The notes under the pieces are model-generated. The model worked only from the letters and a program-made list of their open reading frames with translations, had not been told where the DNA came from and made no database searches. 33,535 nt of DNA from a virus (lineage: Duplodnaviria; Caudoviricetes): IMG/VR virus record IMGVR_UViG_3300013101_000045, positions 1 to 33,535 of that record; one strand, written 5' to 3'. Positions 1-6,394 of this stretch are shown in pieces. A program made the position numbers and the translations under genes. Within the stretch, counting starts at the first letter, position 1. Every line of letters starts with the position of its first letter.

Positions 1-1
1 A

Positions 2-50
2 TGGTGACCCCAGCGGGAATCGAACCCGCGTTGCCGGCGTGAAAGGCCGA
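2..50 (-). tRNA. 3' half of a tRNA-Glu(TTC) gene, forming the prophage attachment-site core (partial, not an intact tRNA)
   Basis: The minus strand reads TCGGC-CTTTCAC-GCCGG (anticodon arm, TTC), CAAC, GCGGG-TTCGATT-CCCGC (T arm), TGGGGTC-A-CCA. Sequence beyond 50 has no D arm or 5' acceptor strand. It lies 67 nt past the integrase stop. Confidence 0.92.
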
Positions 51-117
51 ATATTCGACTTTCGTAAAGGCCTTGTTTTTCAAGAAGTTCCAGAAGACTC
101 AATTGGTTAGGCGTTTT

Positions 118-1416
118 TTAGTTTGGCTCAGACTGGCCCTGATCCAGTCCTATCCCAACCTGTTTTGACACACCGTTGACACAGTCGATTTCTGAGAGGG
201 CTCCGGTTGCTGCGAGGTCCAGGGCCTGGCGTAGCCCAGGGACGTCTCGACCGGCATAGCGGTCCTCGACCATCTTGACGGTGTCTCCCAGGAGATCGGC
301 GACGGCTTTGAAATTTCCGGTGGCGCTCAGGAGGTGGGTCGCTCGGGTATGCCGGAGGTTGTAGATCTTGAACTTCTCCGGGATCTGTTCGGACGCTGAG
401 AGGGCCTCATTGGCCTTGGCGATGGTGTCGAGCCACGCCCATCGGATGTTTTTGAACGACTCACCGGTGAGCGGGTTCGGAAAGACCAGGCCATCGGCCC
501 ATTTCTGCCTACCTTCAAGCATTTGACGGAGTCGAGCAGGCATCGGGACCACAACCCGCCGGCGGTTCTTGACCTCTTCCGGCCGCCACACAACGACCCC
601 GGCGCCGAAGTCGACGTGTCTGTCCCAGTGCATCTGCAAGACGTTGGAGGTTCTAGCCGCAGTGAAGTACAAGGCAACGACCAGGTCGCCGATCGGGACG
701 AGGCGCCGCTGTGCCTGTTCCCGGCTGGCAACGGCTCCCCACTGCTCCTGCAGCTCGGCGCCGGCCACGAAGATGGCGTGGAGCTGGTCATGGGTGAGCC
801 ATTCAACATCGGTCCGGGCCTCTTCGTAGGGCCGGAGGTGGTGAGCCGGGTTGGCCTTGACCAGGCCGGACCTGACCGCAAGGTTGAAAACCGTTTTCAG
901 TAGGGTGACATAGGCGTTGACGGATCGTGCTGACAGTTTTCGTCGGGCCCTGAAGTCCGGGCGCCATTCCAGAACCTGGGCCGGAGTGATGCTCTCAGCG
1001 GGGGTGTGGCGCCCAAACTCCTCGACCAAGACCTTCCACCGCGACTTTTCCTTGTCCCACCTGGTTCCTCGATCGATCGCGTCCTTTTCATAGGCGTCGG
1101 CCAGCTCGCCGAAGGTCTTCGGCCGGAGGACTTCCCCCCTGTCAGCTTTCGCCCTCTCGAGCATTTCGAGTTCGACGACCTGCCGGAGATCGCGGGCTTC
1201 GGAGAGGCTGGCGTCCCAGTCATCCGGGGTCAGGCTGCGGCGGTTGATGTTCCGCCTCGAGTGGATCGTTCGACGTGCCGGCTTGAGCCTGCCGTCGACC
1301 TGGTCCTGGTAGACGGTCGCCCGGAAGCGGAGGTAGTACGCCTGGCGTTCTTCGTTCCAGTTGACGCCGGCGGCGATTCTACCTCTCGGGTTTTTCTTCG
1401 GGCTCATCACGTTCAA
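118..1416 (-). CDS. int: Tyrosine recombinase / phage integrase (true start may be GTG 1410 or ATG 1407)
   Basis: SAM-like core-binding region (LSARSVNAYVTLLKTVFNLAV...NP), catalytic Arg (TAARTSNVL), Lys (VKN), YNLRHT box, LLGD and Tyr (DRYA); adjacent to the att fragment. Confidence 0.95.
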   Translation of the reverse strand: MNVMSPKKNPRGRIAAGVNWNEERQAYYLRFRATVYQDQVDGRLKPARRTIHSRRNINRRSLTPDDWDASLSEARDLRQVVELEMLERAKADRGEVLRPKTFGELADAYEKDAIDRGTRWDKEKSRWKVLVEEFGRHTPAESITPAQVLEWRPDFRARRKLSARSVNAYVTLLKTVFNLAVRSGLVKANPAHHLRPYEEARTDVEWLTHDQLHAIFVAGAELQEQWGAVASREQAQRRLVPIGDLVVALYFTAARTSNVLQMHWDRHVDFGAGVVVWRPEEVKNRRRVVVPMPARLRQMLEGRQKWADGLVFPNPLTGESFKNIRWAWLDTIAKANEALSASEQIPEKFKIYNLRHTRATHLLSATGNFKAVADLLGDTVKMVEDRYAGRDVPGLRQALDLAATGALSEIDCVNGVSKQVGIGLDQGQSEPN

Positions 1417-1564
1417 ACTCCAATACCTTCGCTTTCGGCCTTGTTTCTTCCGGAGTGTTGAACCTGAGTTTCATCAGACCACCGGGCTCATCAGGGGCCT
1501 CGAGGCGGATCCCGATATCGAAGTTCTTTCGTTTGTGCTGGGGGATCTTGGGTGGCTTTTTCAT
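1379..1564 (-). CDS. Small charged hypothetical protein (61 aa)
   Basis: ATGA overlap with the upstream lipoprotein stop; fills the gap to int. Confidence 0.5.
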   Translation of the reverse strand: MKKPPKIPQHKRKNFDIGIRLEAPDEPGGLMKLRFNTPEETRPKAKVLEFERDEPEEKPER

Positions 1565-1941
1565 TTTGGCTCTTCGTCCGTGTACTTGATTACCTTGACC
1601 TTAATTTTCCCTTTTCCCCAGCCGGCTCCAAAGTTCGACATTGCACCGTCCTTTTCGGCGCCGATCACGATGATTGCATCTCCTCCACACTCGCAGATGT
1701 CATTCCAAATATGTTCGAGAGCCGCTTCAATGCTGTGTTTGTGGAATGCTGTTGTTCCGGTTTTTGCATCAATGATGCATGTGACGTCAAAGTCTCGTTC
1801 AATGTCGTCCTCGTCTCCAAAGGTCTCATATTTGCAGTACGGTTTTCTGGGGGAGTATTCGACGCCGGTCATTGGGATGATTGCTTCGGAGGCGCATCCG
1901 AAACAAAGCATTACGCTGGCGAGAATGACAATCTGTTTCAT
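1561..1941 (-). CDS. Putative lipoprotein (126 aa) in the lysogeny operon
   Basis: ATG at 1941 overlaps the upstream stop (ATGA). MKQIVILASVMLCFGC is a signal peptide II with a lipobox-like Cys. Confidence 0.75.
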   Translation of the reverse strand: MKQIVILASVMLCFGCASEAIIPMTGVEYSPRKPYCKYETFGDEDDIERDFDVTCIIDAKTGTTAFHKHSIEAALEHIWNDICECGGDAIIVIGAEKDGAMSNFGAGWGKGKIKVKVIKYTDEEPK

Positions 1942-2315
1942 TTTGTGTTCAGTTTGAATCCGGAAATGCCCCAACTGGCGAGTTCCTGCCCGTCCATTGA
2001 ATCGGTCACCTTCATTCTGAACCACAGCGGATCTGTTCCATTCGATGACCGAACAGCCGCTGCATAGGTGATTATCTTTTTCTGGTCAAAGGTCGCCATC
2101 CCCCATGCGGCTGGATTGACAACCAACTCTCCGTCCTTTGTCTTTGCCACCTTTTCGGCGTTCATTTTGAAGATGAAGTCTCCTGCTTCTTTGACTGTCA
2201 TTAGCTGAGACTTTTTCATATCATCTGTTGATGATCTCGCATTTGAAACGACCCAGAAGGCTCCACCGAGGCAGAACAGAAGGAAGATAGCTGCGGCGAT
2301 GATGATCTTTTTCAT
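1938..2315 (-). CDS. Membrane-anchored or exported hypothetical protein (125 aa)
   Basis: MKKIIIAAAIFLLFCLGGAFWVV hydrophobic N-terminus; directly downstream of cI. Confidence 0.8.
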   Translation of the reverse strand: MKKIIIAAAIFLLFCLGGAFWVVSNARSSTDDMKKSQLMTVKEAGDFIFKMNAEKVAKTKDGELVVNPAAWGMATFDQKKIITYAAAVRSSNGTDPLWFRMKVTDSMDGQELASWGISGFKLNTK

Positions 2316-2347
2316 GACATTCCCTTTATTTCAAATCTGCGACTTGG

Positions 2348-3055
2348 TTAAACGCTGTTCTTCGTCTCTCCCTGTTCCCACCGTAGCACTTTACCAATCA
2401 CGCTCCCGCCATCTTTCGGATCGATTTCGAACTTTGGGAAGGCCTGGTTGTCTGAAATGCAGATCAGCACTTTGCGTGAGAAGTCTGGAACGACCCGCTT
2501 CACCATGACGCCGTTGTCCCCGTCTCTGATGAGGTAGATCCCGGTGTAGGGCTCGATTTCTTCGGCGTGGATCTGCCTCATGTCAACGGTGAGGACGGCC
2601 CCCGGGAGAATTGTGTTCGCCATCGATTCCCCTAGGTGGTGGGCTCGAGACACCCGGACCCTGGCCGCTCTGCCCTGAATGTTTCCGAGAAGCCAGTCTT
2701 CCTGCATCGCGTGGAAGCCATCCGGTTCTTCCGTCATTTCGGCGCCGGGGCCGGCGCAAACCTCTGATTCAAGGATCGGGACCGATTTGTATTGGCGGGC
2801 GAAGCCGTCGGGGTCGGGGATGGTGAAGGTTGGAAGGTCTGGAATGTCGGAGAGGCCGAGGATGTAGTCGGCAGAAAGACCTAGGGCCTCGCAAATCTCG
2901 CGGAGACGATGCCAGCCCTCTATTCCAAGACCGCTCGCCCACCTTGAGACCGCGGCCCTGGAAACACCTGTTGCATCCGCGAGCATGGCTTTGTCGCCAT
3001 GTCCTTTAATTGCCTCAGATAGGCGTTCGGCAATCATCTCCCGACGGCCATTCAT
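2348..3055 (-). CDS. cI: CI-like repressor (XRE HTH plus S24 autopeptidase); start probably ATG 3055 or 3037
   Basis: HTH (KAMLADATGVSRAAVSRWASG...LSADYILG), CAG cleavage-site-like motif, catalytic Ser (GESM) and Lys (VMVKR); divergent from cro. Confidence 0.93.
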   Translation of the reverse strand: MNGRREMIAERLSEAIKGHGDKAMLADATGVSRAAVSRWASGLGIEGWHRLREICEALGLSADYILGLSDIPDLPTFTIPDPDGFARQYKSVPILESEVCAGPGAEMTEEPDGFHAMQEDWLLGNIQGRAARVRVSRAHHLGESMANTILPGAVLTVDMRQIHAEEIEPYTGIYLIRDGDNGVMVKRVVPDFSRKVLICISDNQAFPKFEIDPKDGGSVIGKVLRWEQGETKNSV

Positions 3056-3132
3056 TAATCCAAGATTAACTTTCTTTGAAATGGGGGTTGCATTTTGATT
3101 AATCATGAATTATCTTGTTAATCAGGAGTTGA
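3055..3132. promoter_or_regulatory. cI/cro switch region with three operator-like sites and divergent promoters
   Basis: TTAATC-caa-GATTAA (3055-3069, perfect palindrome), TTAATC-atg-AATTAT (3099-3113), TTAATC-agg-AGTTGA (3118-3132). Rightward promoter TTGCAT(3088)-17 nt-TATCTT(3111). Confidence 0.75.
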
Positions 3133-3134
3133 CT

Positions 3135-3353
3135 ATGACTGACTTGAAATCCTTCATCGAAACCAACCAAATCAGCCAACGCGAATTGGCTGAGGGTGTT
3201 GGGATCTCTGCGGCTGGTGTCTCTTGGATTCTTTCCGGGAAAAACAATCCCAGCAAGGAATCCATAGACGCCATCCTCACCTTCTGCCGCAAGCACGACC
3301 CAGACGTCACCTACGAAGACCTCTTCGGCGAACCCCACCAGAAAGCGAGCTGA
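3135..3353 (+). CDS. cro: Cro-like XRE HTH regulator (72 aa)
   Basis: AGGAG RBS at 3124 before ATG 3135; HTH ISQRELAEGVGISAAGVSWILSGKNNPS. Confidence 0.9.
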   Translation: MTDLKSFIETNQISQRELAEGVGISAAGVSWILSGKNNPSKESIDAILTFCRKHDPDVTYEDLFGEPHQKAS

Positions 3354-3356
3354 CGA

Positions 3357-3563
3357 ATGGGCGCACTCGATCTCTTGTTCGTTTTTCAACTTGCCGTTCT
3401 TGCCGTTGCTGTCCTTGGGATCACCTGGGCAATCGAGTCGGCTCCGGCGATTGTCAGATTTAGGGCGCTTCGAAAACTCCGCAGAGAAGCCCGAGACCGG
3501 AAGCGCACCGCCGATTGGAACCGGCTGCATCCAGCATTTGGCGATGAGGCGGAGTCGAAATGA
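3357..3563 (+). CDS. Small membrane hypothetical protein
   Basis: Hydrophobic N-terminus and Arg-rich tail; ATGA coupling to the next gene. Confidence 0.6.
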   Translation: MGALDLLFVFQLAVLAVAVLGITWAIESAPAIVRFRALRKLRREARDRKRTADWNRLHPAFGDEAESK

Positions 3564-4093
3564 CACGCTTACAACATCGCACCCGAGCCTCACAGGTGAC
3601 AGTCCCGGTAACACCCGCCGCGGCCCTGATAGCCGAACGCCTTGCTGATCGCCGGGCCGACCTAGCCGACGAATCACAGCAGGCCATTGAAGTCGCGGCC
3701 GTCATCCTGGAACGGCTCCATGACCGGCTCTACGGCTCAGCCGCTGCGGTATCCGGCGATCGCACCCCTCGGTATCGCCGGGCTCAGCTTGCGGGTGAGA
3801 AGAGCCTCCCCATTGAGGATCTCGTCTATCTCGCAACGGTTGCGCCCGAGGCGGTGGCGTCGGTGGTTGATGTACTGGCGATGATCTGCGACCACGACCA
3901 GGCCAACCCGCGGTCGGTATGTGAAACCAACGGCGGCGTTCTCCGGATTTTTGGGGACTTTGAAGCAACTCTTTCCGAAGCGCTTGAAGACGGAACGCTG
4001 ACGGCCGCCGAAAAGTGGGACCTCCTTGATCGTCACAAGGTTCTCATGAAGAGAGTCAAGGACCTCAACCCCGCAATCCTGGAGGCCAAATGA
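3560..4093 (+). CDS. CII-like phage regulatory protein
   Basis: Position after cro. The helical C-terminal ALEDGTLTAAEK resembles the DGxIxxxE motif of phage CII (CP76-type) regulators. Confidence 0.55.
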   Translation: MTRLQHRTRASQVTVPVTPAAALIAERLADRRADLADESQQAIEVAAVILERLHDRLYGSAAAVSGDRTPRYRRAQLAGEKSLPIEDLVYLATVAPEAVASVVDVLAMICDHDQANPRSVCETNGGVLRIFGDFEATLSEALEDGTLTAAEKWDLLDRHKVLMKRVKDLNPAILEAK

Positions 4094-4332
4094 CCGACGC
4101 CACAGCCGCGCAAGTCCTCCAGCGACTAGAGTCTCTTGAACGCCGAATCGCGGCGATCGACCCGGCGACTGATTGGCCGACGGCTGAGGAAGCGGCCAAG
4201 GGATTCAGCGTTCATAGAGAGACCCTTCGGAAATTGGCGAAGGCTGGGAAAATCCGTCAATCCAGCAACTTCCCGGTCCGCTACTACCGCCCGGATCTGG
4301 ATCGGCATTTCATTGGATTGGTGGTGTCATGA
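4090..4332 (+). CDS. xis: Excisionase-like HTH DNA-binding protein
   Basis: WPTAEEAAKGFSVHRETLRKLAKAGKI...VRYYRPDLD matches the Xis/HTH_17 pattern. Confidence 0.8.
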   Translation: MTDATAAQVLQRLESLERRIAAIDPATDWPTAEEAAKGFSVHRETLRKLAKAGKIRQSSNFPVRYYRPDLDRHFIGLVVS

Positions 4333-4691
4333 AATCGCAGCGAGCAGACCGCTGTGCCCCTCTGGGGTCCTCCATACAACTCGCCCCGGCCGAGGTGTCT
4401 GTTGCCGGGTTTTCCAAGCCCGGCGTGGGTCGTGTTGTCGATGCCTGCATCGCCGGCGCCGTAATCATCGGGATCCTTGTGGTCTGGCTGGCCGTCTCGA
4501 ATGTCGTGACGCCACAGGCCGCGGACCTCGGCCTCAAGCTCGAAGAGGTCTCAATCCTCCTCGTCACCAACCAACGGGATATCGCCCCGATTGCCGCCTA
4601 TGTGGTTGTCAGCCCTGAGCAGGCTGAGATTCTGCGGGAGACCACCGGTAGTTGGGGCGTTTTGGTCGATAGAAAGCAGGACTGGCGATGA
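4329..4691 (+). CDS. Hypothetical membrane protein
   Basis: One TM stretch (CIAGAVIIGILVVWLAV); ATGA overlaps at both ends. Confidence 0.6.
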   Translation: MKSQRADRCAPLGSSIQLAPAEVSVAGFSKPGVGRVVDACIAGAVIIGILVVWLAVSNVVTPQAADLGLKLEEVSILLVTNQRDIAPIAAYVVVSPEQAEILRETTGSWGVLVDRKQDWR

Positions 4692-5197
4692 GCGGCGTCG
4701 GCATGACCAACGGTCAGAAGCGGATCACGTCGAAGATGATCGAGCGCCAGCGCTTGATCGCAGACACAGAGAATCACCGCCTTGATCTGATGGTCAGGCT
4801 TTTTGTACCAGCCGGAGACATGCTCGCAAGCATGCCGACGAAAATAAACTTGAAACGATCCGAGCAGGGCGAACCGGCCGCCACTCTCGGGTCACTCGAA
4901 TCCACGTCACCGCGCATACCTGACGCCGTCACAGACGGCACACAACCAGCGGTAGGCGTTCGACCTGGGCTGCGGATTTCGCTTGACGACCAGGACTCGG
5001 CGCGTGAGCAAATGGCCGGCGGCTCTCCCTCCAAACACCCCTCCATATTTCTTATAAACGACCATGACAACCTACCACCACAGGACAGACGCGGCTTGCC
5101 TGGGGCCGCTCTGTCTCTTACCAATCGGCTCCTCACCTTTCTTGGTGTTGAGCGGGTACCGCGTGGGCGATGTCCTTGGTGTGGGGAGGCGGGATGA
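4688..5197 (+). CDS. Hypothetical protein
   Basis: ATGA overlaps at both ends; ends in CPWCG; low-complexity middle. Confidence 0.5.
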   Translation: MSGVGMTNGQKRITSKMIERQRLIADTENHRLDLMVRLFVPAGDMLASMPTKINLKRSEQGEPAATLGSLESTSPRIPDAVTDGTQPAVGVRPGLRISLDDQDSAREQMAGGSPSKHPSIFLINDHDNLPPQDRRGLPGAALSLTNRLLTFLGVERVPRGRCPWCGEAG

Positions 5198-5529
5198 CAA
5201 CCGTCAATGCCCACGGCGTGCTTTCGGATGGCGAGTTTGTGATGGTGGTTGATTCGTCTGCTGGGCGGGTTCTGGTGGGGCTGTTTGAGTTTGAGGGCCA
5301 GTGGAGGTTCTCGCTGCGGGTTGTGGTCGGCAGGTATCTAGGGTTTGTCAGCCCGGCGAGTGTGACCCGTCAGGGGTACGAGACACGGGATGCGGCGCTT
5401 GACTCGGCCAGGGAGCTGGCTGTGGATGTTCTCAAGGACAAGGCGGCCCCCCGGGCTCATGAGTGGCGAAAGGCTGCGGCGCTGCTGTCGGAGGTCGAGG
5501 CTCCGATGCCGGTCGGGTTGTTTGGATGA
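5194..5529 (+). CDS. Hypothetical protein (111 aa)
   Basis: GGAGG RBS before ATG 5194 with ATGA coupling; globular beta/alpha pattern. Confidence 0.7.
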   Translation: MTTVNAHGVLSDGEFVMVVDSSAGRVLVGLFEFEGQWRFSLRVVVGRYLGFVSPASVTRQGYETRDAALDSARELAVDVLKDKAAPRAHEWRKAAALLSEVEAPMPVGLFG

Positions 5530-5536
5530 TGATTTC

Positions 5537-5599
5537 GAGCGGTACACGTTTCGCGACTGATCACCGCGGCAAGTGCGGATACCACACCGCCACCGCTCA
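5537..5599 (+). ncRNA. Candidate minimal tRNA-like RNA
   Basis: 7-bp closing stem GAGCGGT/ACCGCTC plus A encloses two hairpins (CGCG..CGCG; GCGG-ATACCACA-CCGC in the T-arm position). No TTCG loop or encoded CCA. Confidence 0.4.
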
Positions 5600-5607
5600 A
5601 TTTGAAT

Positions 5608-5725
5608 GCAGGGTTCCACGGTCCCAGCCAGGCGGCGTATCCGTGGGTTTGCCATCGGCGGCTTTGGGTGGAGCTGATGCGCTATCTCACGACCCGACTC
5701 GTGGCCCCGGAGTAGACGGGGCAAC
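5608..5725 (+). ncRNA. Candidate structured ncRNA upstream of tmRNA
   Basis: Four consecutive hairpins: TCCACGG/CCGTGGG, CATCGGC/GCTGATG, TCACGA/TCGTGG and GCCCCG-GAGTAGA-CGGGGC. Confidence 0.5.
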
Positions 5726-5730
5726 TATTT

Positions 5731-6078
5731 GGGGGTGTACCGGCTTCGACGGGGGACCTACCGAGACTGAGAAGCGTGCCCGCGTTCGTCGGCGGTTTCA
5801 GGCGAAAAATCACAGTTGCAGAACCTCAACTGAAAATGGCGGCTTAGGCCGCCCCGAGACCCGACTGCCTTTGTCACGGGCGCGGGATCTCGGACGTTTC
5901 GTGACATGCGGATCTTGGTCGTCGTTGGTACGCCAGGGCCAAAGGCTTTGTGCCAACTGGCCGGCTTCCAGGGTGCTCGATGCTCGGGATTCCAGCGAGA
6001 GAAATCATCGAGATGCGCACGGAGAAGCTCGTCAAGGTGTTGCCTCGGACAGGGGTTCGACTCCCCTCACCTCCACCA
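5731..6078 (+). ncRNA. ssrA: Transfer-messenger RNA (tmRNA), complete, phage-encoded
   Basis: Acceptor GGGGGTG/CACCTCC with G3:U alanine identity pair, A-CCA end, 5' GGCTTCGACGGGG, T arm AGGGG-TTCGACT-CCCCT, helix 2 CGTGC/GCACG and an internal tag ORF; 348 nt. Confidence 0.96.
5818..5847 (+). CDS. tmRNA tag peptide (A)AEPQLKMAA*
   Basis: Resume codon GCA after AAAAATCACAGTT; ends Ala-Ala; TAG sits in the loop of the GGCGGC-TTAG-GCCGCC hairpin. Confidence 0.9.
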   Translation, partial: AEPQLKMAA

Positions 6079-6083
6079 ATCCA

Positions 6084-6202
6084 AGTATCGCCGGTCAGTG
6101 CGTGGCCGGTGTTGGCATCTGGGGACGCCGCCAGGCGATCTCGGTTCCGCACGTACGCCCTGCGGGCCGGACCAGGCGTGACAGTTGGGAGAGACCAGCA
6201 CT
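6084..6202 (+). ncRNA. Candidate structured ncRNA downstream of tmRNA
   Basis: Hairpins CGCCGGTCA/TGGCCGGTG, GGCATC/GACGCC, CGGTTCCGCA/TGCGGGCCG and a terminal GTTGG-GAGAGA-CCAGC. Confidence 0.5.
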
Positions 6203-6226
6203 ATCCAATCAAAAAGGAGAAACCAT

Positions 6227-6394
6227 ATGTCAGTGAAGCGGGATGACCGCCGAGACCTGCGTCGCAAGGAAGCGATTCAGCGCAAGTCTCTCACCAATCA
6301 GATGAGTCCAGCGGAGCGGATTGCGGCTCTTGATTCTCGGCTCGGTACTGGAGTTGGGGCCGCCAGGGAGCGGGCTCGACTGGAGAAGGAGTAG
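6227..6394 (+). CDS. Small basic protein (55 aa)
   Basis: Strong AAGGAG RBS before ATG 6227; Arg/Lys-rich helical sequence ending LDSRLGTGVGAARERARLEKE. Confidence 0.85.
   Translation: MSVKRDDRRDLRRKEAIQRKSLTNQMSPAERIAALDSRLGTGVGAARERARLEKE

Noticed and set aside
2-80. Complete functional tRNA-Glu
   Set aside because: The D arm and 5' acceptor strand are absent; only the 3' half is present, as expected for an att site.
5731-6078. tmRNA as host gene or integration site marking a prophage boundary
   Set aside because: It is flanked on both sides by co-oriented phage early genes, no 3' duplicate was seen in the window, and the integrase-linked att is tRNA-Glu.
6130-6195. Canonical HDV-like (theta) or hammerhead ribozyme call
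   Set aside because: Only an imperfect P1/P3/P4 arrangement could be drawn, J4/2 does not fit, and no CUGAUGA/GAAA core is present; kept only as a test suggestion.
5463-6246. 257-aa ORF and other ORFs spanning 5463-6246
   Set aside because: They overlie the tmRNA and hairpin units, lack an RBS and have non-protein-like composition; treated as shadow ORFs.
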